A stretch of DNA of 64,000 nucleotides from Rhodosorus marinus CCMP1338. Lineage: Eukaryota > Plantae > Rhodophyta. The stretch is from NCBI GenBank assembly GCA_029953675.1, contig JAMWBK010000007.1:620001-684000 (forward strand), read 5' to 3'. The notes below the pieces were generated by a model. It saw only the letters and a list, made by a program, of their open reading frames with translations. It made no database searches and was not told where the DNA came from. Below, in pieces: positions 11,716 through 23,440 of this stretch; position 1 is the first letter of the stretch; every line of letters begins with the position of its first letter. Both the position numbers and the translations under genes were made by a program.

Positions 11716-13770
11716 ATGAAGCGATTTGTTGCCTTGATTGTCACCTTGGTAGGCGTCATTGGCGTTTCATCTGGAGTGCCAGTGGATGAGCAGCGTACAA
11801 ATTTTGTATCGAGACAGGCATGTGCTCAGAAAGGAATATTTCCAGATGGCGCGGAGAAGGTTCTGGGATGTACATCGATCAAGGAACTTGAGGACGAACT
11901 CATGGACGCCGTTTCCAAGATCGAGGTGAACAGTGGAAATGGAACTGTAGATGATGTAGTGAAGACCATAACTGAGAAAGCTTTGGGTCAGTTGATTGAC
12001 TTTGTCAACACGAATTCGACTCTTGTTTCAACCTACCTGGAGAGCCCGATGTGCCTGGGTGATTTTGATTCCAACGATGTCGCCGATACGCCCGACCTGG
12101 TCAAGAGTGGATGCCAAGCTCTTCCGCTCGGAGCAGATGAGAACTGGACTATGGTGGCTTTCAATCTTCCTCCGATTTCAGCTATCTGCCCGGAGATTCC
12201 TGCGACAAACAAGATGTCGATGTGCTTGGCATTCAGTCTGGACTGTGACAACCTCCCGAGCGTATCTATCTCGGTGAACAAGGGTCTCATTGCGTGCCTG
12301 TTAGGTTCCACTGAAGCAGTTGCTTCTACTGGAGGTATCAGCGGTTTGCTCGCGGCTGGAGCGGAAGCCGTTTTGGACGATGTAGCGGCTGGAATCTCCC
12401 TGAGTAACGCCTTCTCTGCTGATGGCAAGATTTTCACGGGAGAGAAAGGCGTCGAGACTACTACAGTGAAGGGAACGTATCATGATCATGTCCAAGTCTC
12501 GATCTCGCCAGAAACCTTTAAACTCCCAGACTGGGTCTCTCTCAGCGGCTTTATGGATCGGGTTGTCTCAACGAACAACGCTGCACAGGAGTTCTCCGAC
12601 CTCGTCGCTGCGTTCAAACCGGATGGTGACCTCGGAGATGACATCCTCGCTGTAGTCAAAGATCTCGACATCTCCGTGCTAATCAGCGGGCAGATCCAGT
12701 ACGCACTAAAGCTCAAATCTGTCACCAAGGGGATTCTACCCGATATTCCGACACAGGAGTTGGCAGAATTCTCCGCATTCGCGACGACCTTTGAGCAGAC
12801 CAGCAACGGAGGAACCAAACTGCTTCCGGGATTCTACCTTTCTGCCAGTGCGAGCAACCCGGCCATCCAGGTCATCAAAGCCATCGGCTCCAAAATCCTT
12901 CAGGCACTGGACGGTCCTCTCTCTTTTGTCGATTGGTTCACTGGGCTGGATTTGGATACTGAGGTCGCAAAACTGCTGGACGAAATCGACGATACCGACA
13001 CCGACGCACTGGACTTTGGACTCCTCGTGAACACGAAACAGGTCGTGATCATGTTCGGCGCTGGACTCACTTCGAAGCTCTCCATCAAGGTGAGCTGCGT
13101 GTATGACTACAGCAATGACACATTCAGCTGCCATGTGCAGGTCGGAGGCGTAGACAAGTTCATGACGGCGACGCTACAGACCATCGAGGGCGAAGTGGCT
13201 TGGGTAATGAGCGAGGCCTCGGACTTCTTCGAGTCTACTGGCAAAGTCATCGCGGCCTCAGTGGTCGATGCAGCGGGTACAGTCGAGGCTTTCAGCAAGA
13301 AGGCTGTGCAAAAGACTGCCGATCTCATTGAAGACGCTGCCGATGGTGTTTCATCCGAGCTCGACTCGTGGGCTCACTCCGCAGTGGCTATTTGTGGAAC
13401 CAGTGTGATCACGGACGCCGCCAAGTGTGGCTCTGACCTGGTCGTCGACGGGGCCAAGTGCGGCTTCAGCACCGTTACCAGTGCTGCTCAGTGCGGCACT
13501 TCGGTCATCTCAAGTGCTGCGGATTGTGGTACCCAAGTGGTTTCCGATGGAGCTGTTTGTGGATTTGATACGGTCACCGACGGTGCAAAGTGTGGGTTCG
13601 ACACGGTCACAAGCTGTCTCACGAGCTTCTTCACGAACTGCAAGAAGGCTAAGAGCTGCCAAGTCCCCAAATCATGTAGCATCGCACTCTCATGTGATGT
13701 ACCAAACACTTGCCAGATCGAGAACAGCTGCTCTCTTCCGAAGAGCTGCTCGATTCCAATAGCTTGTTAG
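11716..13770 (+). CDS. Secreted hypothetical protein with C-terminal Cys-rich 11-aa repeats
   Basis: 684-aa intronless ORF; signal peptide MKRFVALIVTLVGVIGVSSG; seven CGxxxVxxxAx units at 13393-13620, then a C-x5 periodic tail. Confidence 0.85.
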   Translation: MKRFVALIVTLVGVIGVSSGVPVDEQRTNFVSRQACAQKGIFPDGAEKVLGCTSIKELEDELMDAVSKIEVNSGNGTVDDVVKTITEKALGQLIDFVNTNSTLVSTYLESPMCLGDFDSNDVADTPDLVKSGCQALPLGADENWTMVAFNLPPISAICPEIPATNKMSMCLAFSLDCDNLPSVSISVNKGLIACLLGSTEAVASTGGISGLLAAGAEAVLDDVAAGISLSNAFSADGKIFTGEKGVETTTVKGTYHDHVQVSISPETFKLPDWVSLSGFMDRVVSTNNAAQEFSDLVAAFKPDGDLGDDILAVVKDLDISVLISGQIQYALKLKSVTKGILPDIPTQELAEFSAFATTFEQTSNGGTKLLPGFYLSASASNPAIQVIKAIGSKILQALDGPLSFVDWFTGLDLDTEVAKLLDEIDDTDTDALDFGLLVNTKQVVIMFGAGLTSKLSIKVSCVYDYSNDTFSCHVQVGGVDKFMTATLQTIEGEVAWVMSEASDFFESTGKVIAASVVDAAGTVEAFSKKAVQKTADLIEDAADGVSSELDSWAHSAVAICGTSVITDAAKCGSDLVVDGAKCGFSTVTSAAQCGTSVISSAADCGTQVVSDGAVCGFDTVTDGAKCGFDTVTSCLTSFFTNCKKAKSCQVPKSCSIALSCDVPNTCQIENSCSLPKSCSIPIAC

Positions 13771-13949
13771 TTTCACTTCAGTGTTTCTCGTCGCGAGAAC
13801 CGTTGATCTGCTGCTATTTGCACGTTACTAAAGAAGTAAAACCAATTTCATTCTGAAAGTTCTTCGTACTGCCGCGATTCCAGACATGTTCCGTCTCAGC
13901 AGCTCACCTCATCTGCATTACCAGATACAAATGTGCGGGGGCTTTCTCT

Positions 13950-16400
13950 CTTCTTCGTGGGGGTTCGTTGTGAGGTATTTGTCCTATTGGGTTTGGTCGG
14001 GTTGGTTTTTGGCCGGGGTTCTGTGGTGAAAAGTTTCCTCACCAAACTTTATCGTGATGGTTGGGGTCTTCCCGAGCCCCGCTCCCTTTGGGGCGGAGCC
14101 ACACAGCAAGGAGGTATTGACAGCAGCGGACCTCGAGTTTGTCTGAGCTCTGGCACTTTCTCGCCGGTGGTGGATCCGCAGAGTGTGTCTGGCACGCAAC
14201 TGGGTGCCTTTCTTGTCCGCAGTGACCAGCTTGGTCACCGCCGCCGGGGATAAGGGCGTCCTGCCGCAGCTCACCCAGCGTCTCTGTGTGCTGGAATCTG
14301 GGCTGGCGGAGGATGCAATTTTGACGGCAGACAGAGTGGCCACGGTGCCGCCAGGCCCCGAGGCAGTCATAATCGGAGGATCAGTCAATTTGAACTTGTC
14401 CCGGGACAGGCGAGCTGATCCCTTCGGGACAGTGCGGATTTTGCGCGTGGAAAGGGGGTTCCCAACGAGCACCCATGTTCGGGGACTGGTGGTGACCGAG
14501 GTGGTCCACCCGCGGGCGTCGTTTTGCACATATGTGAAGATGTCTACCTTACCTTAGCAGGACATTCAGCAGGTAGGTCCCCTCCCACCCAGGTTAGGCG
14601 AAGTGGCCCGAGGGGACCTCGTATTGCTCGGCCTTGAGGCGCGGAACTACGGCAGCGCGAACAGCTACAGTGGTCCAGTTTTTACCACCGCATGAGGAAC
14701 CTTGGGGAGGCTCGGCAACAGTTTCGCAATTTCTTTATGTGCGCAATGTGCGTCTGAAGCTCATACGGGGACACATCCTGTCAATGCTAGATCTTAGGTA
14801 CACCTGTGCGGAATCATTGGGCTGTAAGCGCGAGGATTTCCTTTCGCAAACTACGAGGGGCCAATGTTCTGTTGGTTGTGACATCGACTGCAACCGCTTA
14901 TCCTCAGGCGCTGCTCCCTAAGCCAACAGACCAGTGACCCGTAAGCGCCCGGTGGCTACGCGGGAACCCCCAGGTGGTTCTTTATTTTGCCTTTGACCGC
15001 TTCTCGATGCATTTCCACGCGACGGGACAGATTGCAGGACTTTCTGTGAAGGAGTGCAGTGTGAAGGCGGCGGACATCCATTAGTTCCGCATTCATCGCA
15101 TTGAGAAGCTCCTGTTGGCGCGATTTCGGTCCAGTCCGCGCCATCTTTGCGAGTCAGTGTCGACTTTCTTTGATCGAGAGCGGCGGTTGGTTTGCAGTCG
15201 CTGGCTATGAGGGGGAATTACAGCGCATAGACGTGCTGGAGGGTTCAAGAGCCAGCACTACCTCCGTGGATGGGGGCAATGAAAGGGAGCTGGATGGAAT
15301 GTTGGTGTAGGGTACTCCAACGACTCTCCGAGACGCCTCGGGCACCCTCACGCGCGCCTCACGCAGCGGACGAGCCAATCCCATAGTGCGATTACCAGGC
15401 AAGCGAGTAAGGACGGACTCCCTAGGGTCTTAAGTGGGAGAAAGATCATTGGTTTTGCTAAAGAAGGACCATTAGCTCCGCTGGTACGGCTGCGATGTCG
15501 GAGCCCCTGGACCCAAAGGCTCACGTCGAGCAGGGGGGGCCGGGACTGGGGTGTTTGGAGGACGCAGTTTCGGAGTTGGCTTCGGAGGTGGGTTTCTTCG
15601 GTAGGGGCTCACTTCCCCTACCGATGAGGGGCCGGGTTGCACAGGTAGTACTGCCCCGCAGGGAGCTCTTACAGGTTGGGTGTATTTTGGACTTCATATT
15701 TGCGAGTTTGGCCCGCAATCTGCGGGTTGTGGTTATGTGGATTACGCCGCGTTTGATCCTGGCCCCCGCCGGTACATCAGCGCGTAGCTGCCCTGTCCGG
15801 GACCGGCTCGCAATGTTTGCAAAGTGTGTACATGACGTCGCTCGAGGCCTCGGTACGCACGGTCCAGCCCGCTCGTGCTCGCAAGTGATGGCTTGGGCGC
15901 AGAAGCCGGTGGAGGTTGGTGTTTTGAGTCGAGCGGCACGGGTTTTGGAGGGACAGGCACCTGTCCTCCCCTATAATGACCGACTGGCGGAACCGGTATT
16001 CGCATTATTTCCGTCGTCCGATGTGGTTCTAGTCCAACTTTGCGCCGCTTCTCCACCAGAGTTGGCCCGCCTTCGCATAGATATGACGCTCCGCGAGTGT
16101 GATTTGGAGGACCTCTCCGCAGCTCCCGCCGCGGACGTTCCCCTGGACCTTCAGGCCTCCGCACGGAATTATTGCAGGTACTGAGCGACGGACCGACGCG
16201 CATTCACCTGATGAGCTAGGCATGCTCTGAAAATTATACCTGGGCACAGGCAGCCACACAACAACAGGATACGTGTGAGATAGAGCTGAAAAAACACTTC
16301 GTACAAGCAGCAAATTGGGGATCTTACGCTTATGTTCTGGTTTCTCACTTAGCAGACCTCTCGCCTTTGTCACGTCCCAGCGTTGTCTGTTATCACCGCG
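13950..16400 (+). mobile_element. Degenerate 5' portion(s) of CRE family A-like element
   Basis: 15330-16200 is colinear with 5320-6400 (e.g. GTATTTTGGACTT, GGxCAGGCxCCTGT, GCACGGAATTAxTGCAG). No intact ORF; the boundary and the 13950-15300 assignment are uncertain. Confidence 0.5.
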
Positions 16401-17449
16401 CACGTTTGATCTACATTGAAATGCGCGCTTATCTCTTCTGCTACTTCATCACCGCTCATACGGGTGAGTTGTTCACGATGTCAACGATGATGCTCGCATC
16501 TCGCTCGTTGATGGGAGGTAGTTCGTTAGGTGCTTCCACCCTTTGGTTTGTGTAGCCGTCCCTAATAGCGCAGTTGATAAACATTGACGCGATTTAACAA
16601 GGTGTTCGATCCTCTTCAGACTTCAGTTGGGATGATGCAACGTACGTGATGAGGGTTAGAACTTTTGAAGCCTTGATAAACTTTTCCTCCTCTCTCTTCT
16701 CTCTTTTGAAGGCACTACCGATCAGTTCCGGGAAATCTCTCCTTTCTTAATCGTCGGCGGATAAAAGGTAGTTATGTCCGCTCCCTCGCGCTTTACGCTT
16801 TTCGAAGTGACGCTTGAACGGCCGAACTCTGGAGTTGTACCGGATCTCCTGCTGCCCGTGGGAGCGTCATCTGCGGTCATGTACCGATCGCACTTCTGCA
16901 GTGCTTCTTGAGGCGTTCAATATTGTTGCTTACCGGTAAGACGAGTTCTAGGGCAAGTTGATCTGCAAGCAGATCAACTTACCCTTGAACTCGTGTTATT
17001 GCGGGTGTCGTCGCGCTGGCATCCTGAAGTTGCATCGCAGCGCATATTCCTTTCTCCTCGCCATCTGTACCTTAGTAGCTCTGATAGACTGTTTGCATTT
17101 TTCTTTCAGCCTCCGACTGAAAGGAAAAACCCCGAGGTGGAAAGAAGGGGATGAGGTTGTCCTGGGGAAAGAATTACCTCCCCCGCGATAACAATTACCG
17201 CGTAAGAAACGTGAACATAAACTCTGCGAATACGAGCTGGAATCGAGGATATTATTAACCATTCGTTCGTTCGTTTGTTCGATTTAGGAAAAACGATTGT
17301 TTTTTATAAATAAAAAAAGCGGTATTAATGCCGCTGATAAACGGTACTTGAATTCTGATCTATTGTAAGCGGAATCGAGGGTCTTCCCCCCCCCCCCTCC
17401 CTTTGAACCCTTTCTTGGGGCTTGCACCGTGCTGCCTACGGAGCAGATG

Positions 17450-18277
17450 CTCTAATCTCCCCGAGATCGCCCCCGCCTGCGTGGTCTTGGAGGGTGTGTT
17501 AGCTCTCAGTGGCTCATGACCGTCCCCGCTTTTCCGCCGCTCACACTGACCGACTTCGAAGTGCGCACTACTCTGCGCTTATAGCTCGGCTTGCATCAGC
17601 CGCCCTGGTCTTCCGATATGGGTTCGCCGTGCCCTCTATGCTCTCAGAACAAAGATACCGCGGATTTTGGCGCCCACCTGCTCGCCAGCTGCCCGCTGTG
17701 AAAGCCGCCCGAACCCGACGACATACGCAGATCTTGAACCTGTTATACCGTGAACTTCGACCTATTGTACGGAAAGTCGGTCTTGAAGTTGAACGTGAGA
17801 AGCTCCTGCCTATCGCAGAGGTACCAGAATGATGATCGCCGCGTGCCTGACCTCGTGGTCACCTGTGACGATAGCCGCCGTACGACGTACGTTGATCTTG
17901 CTGTTCCTAATCCTCAGACTGGTCGCTATTTTCCGGCTGCAGTGGATTTTTCCCTGCCAATACGAGACATCGCAAAGAGTTGAAATATGCTGGGGCCTTG
18001 TCTTCCGTAGGCATTCGTGCTTCGGCTCTAGCTCATCCCCTGGTCCTCTGGTCATTGAGTGCTTTGGGTTTATGGATTCAGTTGGTTCTCGTTGGCTTCG
18101 GGAATTGTTCCGCGAACGCTCGGACCTCTTGTCGTCGTTGTTTACCCTTTTAAGTTTCTTGCTGTGGCGTATGAACGCTGGTTTGATGTTGGAGGCGCGC
18201 GATCTTCGCGGCGCTTAGTCTTTTTTCTTCCCCTCGGGGTTTTTTCTTTCAGCCTCCGATTAAACAAATTCATTCAG
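17450..18277 (+). mobile_element. 5'-truncated CRE family A element (CCHC knuckle, RLE, ATTC tail)
   Basis: CPLC...AHLLASC knuckle, RVPDLVV..YVDLAV and VIECFG RLE motifs; tail CTCCGATTAAACAAATTCATTCA. Confidence 0.85.
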
Positions 18278-18544
18278 TTGACGAGACAAGTCGAATTTAG
18301 TAAGCGCAAATTCCTCCAACCCTCTCGCTTGTCATTGCTTTCTGCTTGACTTTTCATGATTTATTTCTATAAAATGATTTTTTTTTGTTTGACTGGATTT
18401 CGGGTAAATGCCTGTTTTTCTTCGAATTCTTTTTGCTCGTTGTACAACGGTAAGCTGAGAGTGTGGGCAGTCTTCCCGGGAAGAGGGCCGGTCTCACAGG
18501 TTCCATTTTTTCGTTTGGAAGGCTTTGGGCATCTGTAAGAGTCA

Positions 18545-18740
18545 AGCTTGGTGTGGCTGCGTAAATGTTTTACCGAACATCCTGAAGAGTATCTGGTGCT
18601 CCTCCGCCGTTTAAGTTCGCCTGGCGGTATTCTAGCAACACGCTCGCAGAGGTGCGCCACCGCCGCCAGGGCTTACATGCTCTCCTCCCTAGTCTCTAGT
18701 TTCCTTTTACGTCTTGTGCAGCGCATCAGGCTATGTTAGT
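18545..18740 (+). mobile_element. CRE family B 3' fragment
   Basis: WLRKCFTEHPEEYLVLLRRLSS.. and the GCGCATCAGGCTATGTTAG end, matching 395-590. Confidence 0.75.
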
Positions 18741-18779
18741 GGTGCTACTAAGTAAAACCATCATTATTCAGGACTGAAA

Positions 18780-21200
18780 CAGGTTACAAAGAGATTGAGA
18801 TACCCTATGCCCAGAATAGACGACCTGTTGGATCAGCTACGAGGGGCCGATATTCTCAAAACTCGACCTACGAAGTGGATATCAACAGATGAGAATTGCT
18901 CAGAAAGATGCCCCGAAGCAGGCATTTGTTTCGGAGTGCAGACACTGCGAGTGGAGAGTGGCTCCGTCCGGACTGACATCTCTGCCCGTCTCTTTCGGTA
19001 AGTTGATGACCGATATACTCCGAAGATCCATCAGCAAGTGTATCGTCTTCTATTTAGACGAAATACTGTTCGCCAGGTGAGGAAAGTCATCGACATGACG
19101 TTCGTAACGGGATGAACGAACTACAGAGGGCAAAGCCCATCGTGCACCCGAAATCTTCATTTGGGACGACAGAGGTGGAACATCTAGGCTTCAAGATATC
19201 AGAAGGCACCATCTGCATAGACGACGCCAAGGTAGCTGCCTTGAGATAACTCAAATTTCCGTACAAGGGATAGAGTCCATTATGGGGCTGCTCGCATACT
19301 CTCGTCGCTTTATCCGCGATTTCTCGAGTATAGCAGCACAGTTGACGGACCTCCTAAAGCAAGGACACCCCTTCGTGATCACTCCGCCCGCCATTTCGGC
19401 CTTCTATAGATGCTGGTGACATCGGGACTAGTGCGGCGTTACCATAACCTAGAAGGCCTGAGTTTTGAAGTTACTACCGACGCGCCAGGCATTGAATCGG
19501 TGGAATGCTAACGCAACGACCCAGGGCGATAGCGTTCGAGTCGAGAAACACTCACGGACGCCGAGCGGAGATACACTACCCACGAACGAGAAATGTCCGC
19601 GGTAGTATATTGTGTTGAAAGGTGGCGACACTACGTCGAGGGGACTAAATTAACCATCTTCGTAGACAAACAACGTGGTCACCTATCTCCAGACGATGGG
19701 TAACCCGCCGAGAAGGATGACTAGATGCCTGGAGAAAATGGCTAGTTTTGACTACGAAATCAAACACTTCCGGGTCGAATGAACGCCGTAGCAGAAGCCC
19801 TATCGAGACAAGATATGAAAGAAGACCTAGACGTTGCAGTAGTCACGACGGAAGTATTGAAGGAATATGTCATTCAAAGGCAAGTATCCAACAAGCTAAC
19901 GGAAGCAGAGAAAAAGTTAGTCCAACAGTAAATTGACCGGAATCCTGTAAAAAAAACTGAGGGAAGACGGACTCACTGGGCATCGCCGGAGGACCGCAAC
20001 GATCGACTGGCAGACGTTCATAAAGCGCTAGGACATCTGGCCCCCCGAGCGCTGTACGAACAGTTGAGGCCCCGATATTAGCGGTGAACTCTGAGGAGAG
20101 AAGCTCATGAAGCAGTCAGGAGGTGTCCGGGTTGTCAATTGCACCAGGTACCGGCTCCCGGACGGAGACTGGCGTCACAACATCCGCTACCCACGGAGGC
20201 CTTGTTTTTCAGATGGCATGTGGACTTCATCCGGCGATTACCAACGACGCCAAGAGGGAATAGATGGATTCTCATGGCTGTGCAGAGTCTTAGCCGCTGG
20301 AGCCTAGTGAGGGTATTGCCTGAGAAAACAAAAGAGAACGTCGCGAACTTCATTTACGAGGAAATAGTCTCTACGTATGAGACTCCGGTCCAGATACCGT
20401 CAGAGCGCGGAGCTCAGTTCCGATCGGCGGTACTGGCGGAATACCTGAAGTTATTGCCAACCAAGCAATTATTCACGTCCGCTTATAACCCACGCACAAA
20501 CGCGACAGCCGAACGCTGGAATCGTAACTTCCAGTAGATCCTGGTGCGATGCACAGGAGGCATTGATCATCGGATCAAACTGGAGGTATGGTTCGTAGAT
20601 GGGATCAGTTCGTCCACAAAGCAAACACTGCAATGCGATTGAGAGTCAATCCTAGCACTGGGAAGACCCCTTACGAACTACTCTATGGGATTTGTGGATC
20701 ATGCACCTCGTCTATTCGATGCGAGCGTAGAAATTACGTCGGTTCAAGCTCGAGTGGAGGAGTTGGCGGGCTTAGGGCGTATACGCGAGGCGGCAAACCT
20801 AAGCGTAGGGATTTCCAAACACAAACCGCGCCGCATTGCAACGCTCCGATTAAACAAATTCATTCATTATTAGGCGCTGGTCACCCCGGAACCGCTCGAA
20901 GTTGGCACCTGGGTGCTGGTTAGAAACGAAACGAAAACGAAGCGTTAGTTTCGTTTCTTCGAACCCCTCTCTAAGGTGACAGAGGTGATGAACTTCGATA
21001 CTTACATGTTAGAAGATCCAAAGGGCAAACGAGTGCGCTATTCTTGTCCACCGAGACCGGCAACGCAGAGCGAATACAGAGGGCGAGGCTACGAAGAGGT
21101 GGGCACCGCCCACACGCCGAGAGTTGGCAGAATTGGCCGGCGATGTTCTTGATGATTCACCCATTCCGGAGACCAGTGAGTGGGAGAACAGCCAGGTATG
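18780..21200 (+). mobile_element. Ty3/Gypsy LTR-retrotransposon pol remnant (RT, RNase H, integrase), pseudogenised
   Basis: RYPMPRIDDLLDQLRGA, AFV..EWRVAP.GL (RT); DAGDIG (RNase H); WHVDFIRRLPTTPRGNRWILMAV...SERGAQF...SAYNPRTNATAERWN (rve integrase); many stops and frameshifts; LTRs not identified. Confidence 0.85.
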
Positions 21201-21928
21201 TGTGACGCCCTGAAGAAACAACATTTTGGCACGACCGAGGGCTAAACTTAGGATATTAGATGTCTAAATGTAGCACAACACACCCGGGGGTCTACATTTG
21301 GCACAACCGGAGAAAGATAGCCTATAAATACGGAAGTTGAGACGTCCCAGTTCTGGGCTATAGTGTGAGGGAGGTATCAGAGATAAGAAAAACATATAAA
21401 ACAACGAGGAGTTGGAGAAGTATTTTGGATCAAAGACACACCTTAAGGACGAACGTGTCAGTATGACGGAACCAAGTGACAGGCTGTCTCTACTACTGAG
21501 AACTTTCGAGAAGCTAAACGGATTAGATTTGGGATATGCTTTGGTATTTACTCTTGCCCAGAAAAGGGAGGTAAGTACCGTAGACACGACTCCCATATTT
21601 TGGGGGCCTTTGGGGAGAGAAAAGAAGAGTTTCCAAGAAGGTTGAATGGGGAATAGATTTATATGTTGTCGTCTAGACGAGTCTAAAGCTACACTAAAAT
21701 AAAAAGGAGCGAGCCTTTTTGTTCCTTTGAGAAAAGAACTTTTGTTGATATTGGACATGGACTTCAACAATATGATATAATATATTGCAAAATTTTGATT
21801 TGGAACGCTCCGTCGCCGTGGGCATAAGTGTTCTATCCTATTTTTTAGTATTATCGAGTGTATAATTTAGGTACCATTACTATTCGTTTAGTTATGATTC
21901 TATGCATACCACTGAGCCGACACGCGCC

Positions 21929-21996
21929 CTGACAGTTGATGAACGTGTTTACTGGATTTAGGCTAGCCTGGGGTACCCCGCTGACAGTTGATGAAC
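21929..21996. repeat. 16-bp direct repeat bracketing a GGGGTACCCC palindrome
   Basis: CTGACAGTTGATGAAC at 21929 and 21981; GGGGTACCCC at 21970-21979. Confidence 0.8.
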
Positions 21997-23029
21997 AGTT
22001 TTACCTGTGAAGGCTGAAAAAATAGCCGGAGGGGAACCATCTACTGGAAGGCGAAGATGAAACGCCCCTAGCATCGAATCAGCGTTCATACGCCATAGCA
22101 GGAAACTCAGACGGGTATCCAATCAAGCTGACAGTGGTAGTTTTACCTATCCATCGCCCGCCGTATAAGTCGCCCAGCCCGCTTGACCCCGTCGAGTCCG
22201 GTTGGCGGCGATGTGTCGCCGCGGAAAATCTGGTCGTTTCTCCTAGCGAGAGTATGCGGGGCTCGATATGGATATGCTCCTTGCTAACTTTATGTGTTAT
22301 CCGTAATGCACCGATTCATGGATGAAGTCGTCTTCTACGTAGACCCGCTGTGGGATTAGCCTGCGCAGGTCTTCCATCGCGGCGTGGTTCATGACATTGC
22401 CGAACCTAGTGTGTGAAAGTACTGAGGTTTGAAGGTCTAAGGAGGCGGGGTTAAGTTTAGATCCAGCGAGCCACCCGGTAGAGCAAAAGGTTTCCGGCCT
22501 GCGCTGAATACATCGGATCAGGAGACATGCTAGTCAATCCACCCTGTTCTCAATTGAGTCCCTGTGTTAATTTTTTTTTCATAGTTTTGCTCCAAAACAT
22601 CTGTTGCCCATACAACTTGGTGCCCCATAGTATTGAGCATACTTTTGCGGCTAGATTCATGTAAAAAATGAAATGCATATTATTGCTGATGATGGTAATA
22701 AGCTAACTGAGCGAGCGATGACCTACGTGGGAACGGGTTCAACGGCCAATTGGAAAACATTGTTCCGCGCAGATTACTCAGTTTCGCGCTAAAACAGGTA
22801 AAGTCGAAAGGGTGGCCCAAAAAAAAAAGGCGGCGTTGAAGCAACACGAAAACTAATGATTTGTTTTTGATTTTTTTAGGCTACAGTTACAACGGCAGCG
22901 GCCAATGAACCTGAGTTTTCTAAAGTTAGTTTTTTTTGGCAAGTGCCAAAGGAAGATTGAAATTCGGGTAGATCTTAGTTAATGAATTGGTTTAATGGCG
23001 CGGGTGCTTCAGCTCTATCCTGAACAATC

Positions 23030-23110
23030 GCGATCTTCGCCGCGCTTAGTATTTTTTTTCCCGTCGGTGTTTTTTTCTTTCAACCTCCGATTAAGCAAAT
23101 TCATTCAATT
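23030..23110 (+). mobile_element. Short CRE family A 3' end upstream of the GH86 gene
   Basis: GCGATCTTCGCCGCGCTTAG...CTTTCAACCTCCGATTAAGCAAATTCATTCA. Confidence 0.75.
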
Positions 23111-23440
23111 CCCCCCTGAGCAATCAGCTTGCGAACTTCCCTGCCGCGCTTAGTTCTGACGTTAAGTTTCCCTTCGGTTCATGTCTAATGGGCAAGGTGG
23201 TGCGCCTCCTGACTTGGTCCTGCTGGCCAGCTCCTTCAGTCACCAAAAGACTAGGGTATTCAGCGCCGTTCGTCTTGTGCAGCGGGAGAAGAGCTGCTCC
23301 TCGAGTTGGGATAAATAGGCAGCCGGACGCTGGCTCATTGGTATTGATGCGCGAAGATCATAGGTAGTACATGGTGTGTTTAGTTGACAAGTTCGAATAG
23401 CTCCAGTTTATGACATAGCTCGTACCTGATCGGAGGAGAA

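Noticed and set aside
16205-16232. CTGATGA...GAAA hammerhead-like core
   Set aside because: Stem II does not close properly before GAAA and no stem I/III or cleavage triplet is evident.
21000-21770. Gypsy chromodomain or 3' LTR, and the 168-aa ORF 21264-21770
   Set aside because: No chromodomain aromatic cage, PPT or matching 5' LTR was found; the ORF is unrecognisable and likely spurious.
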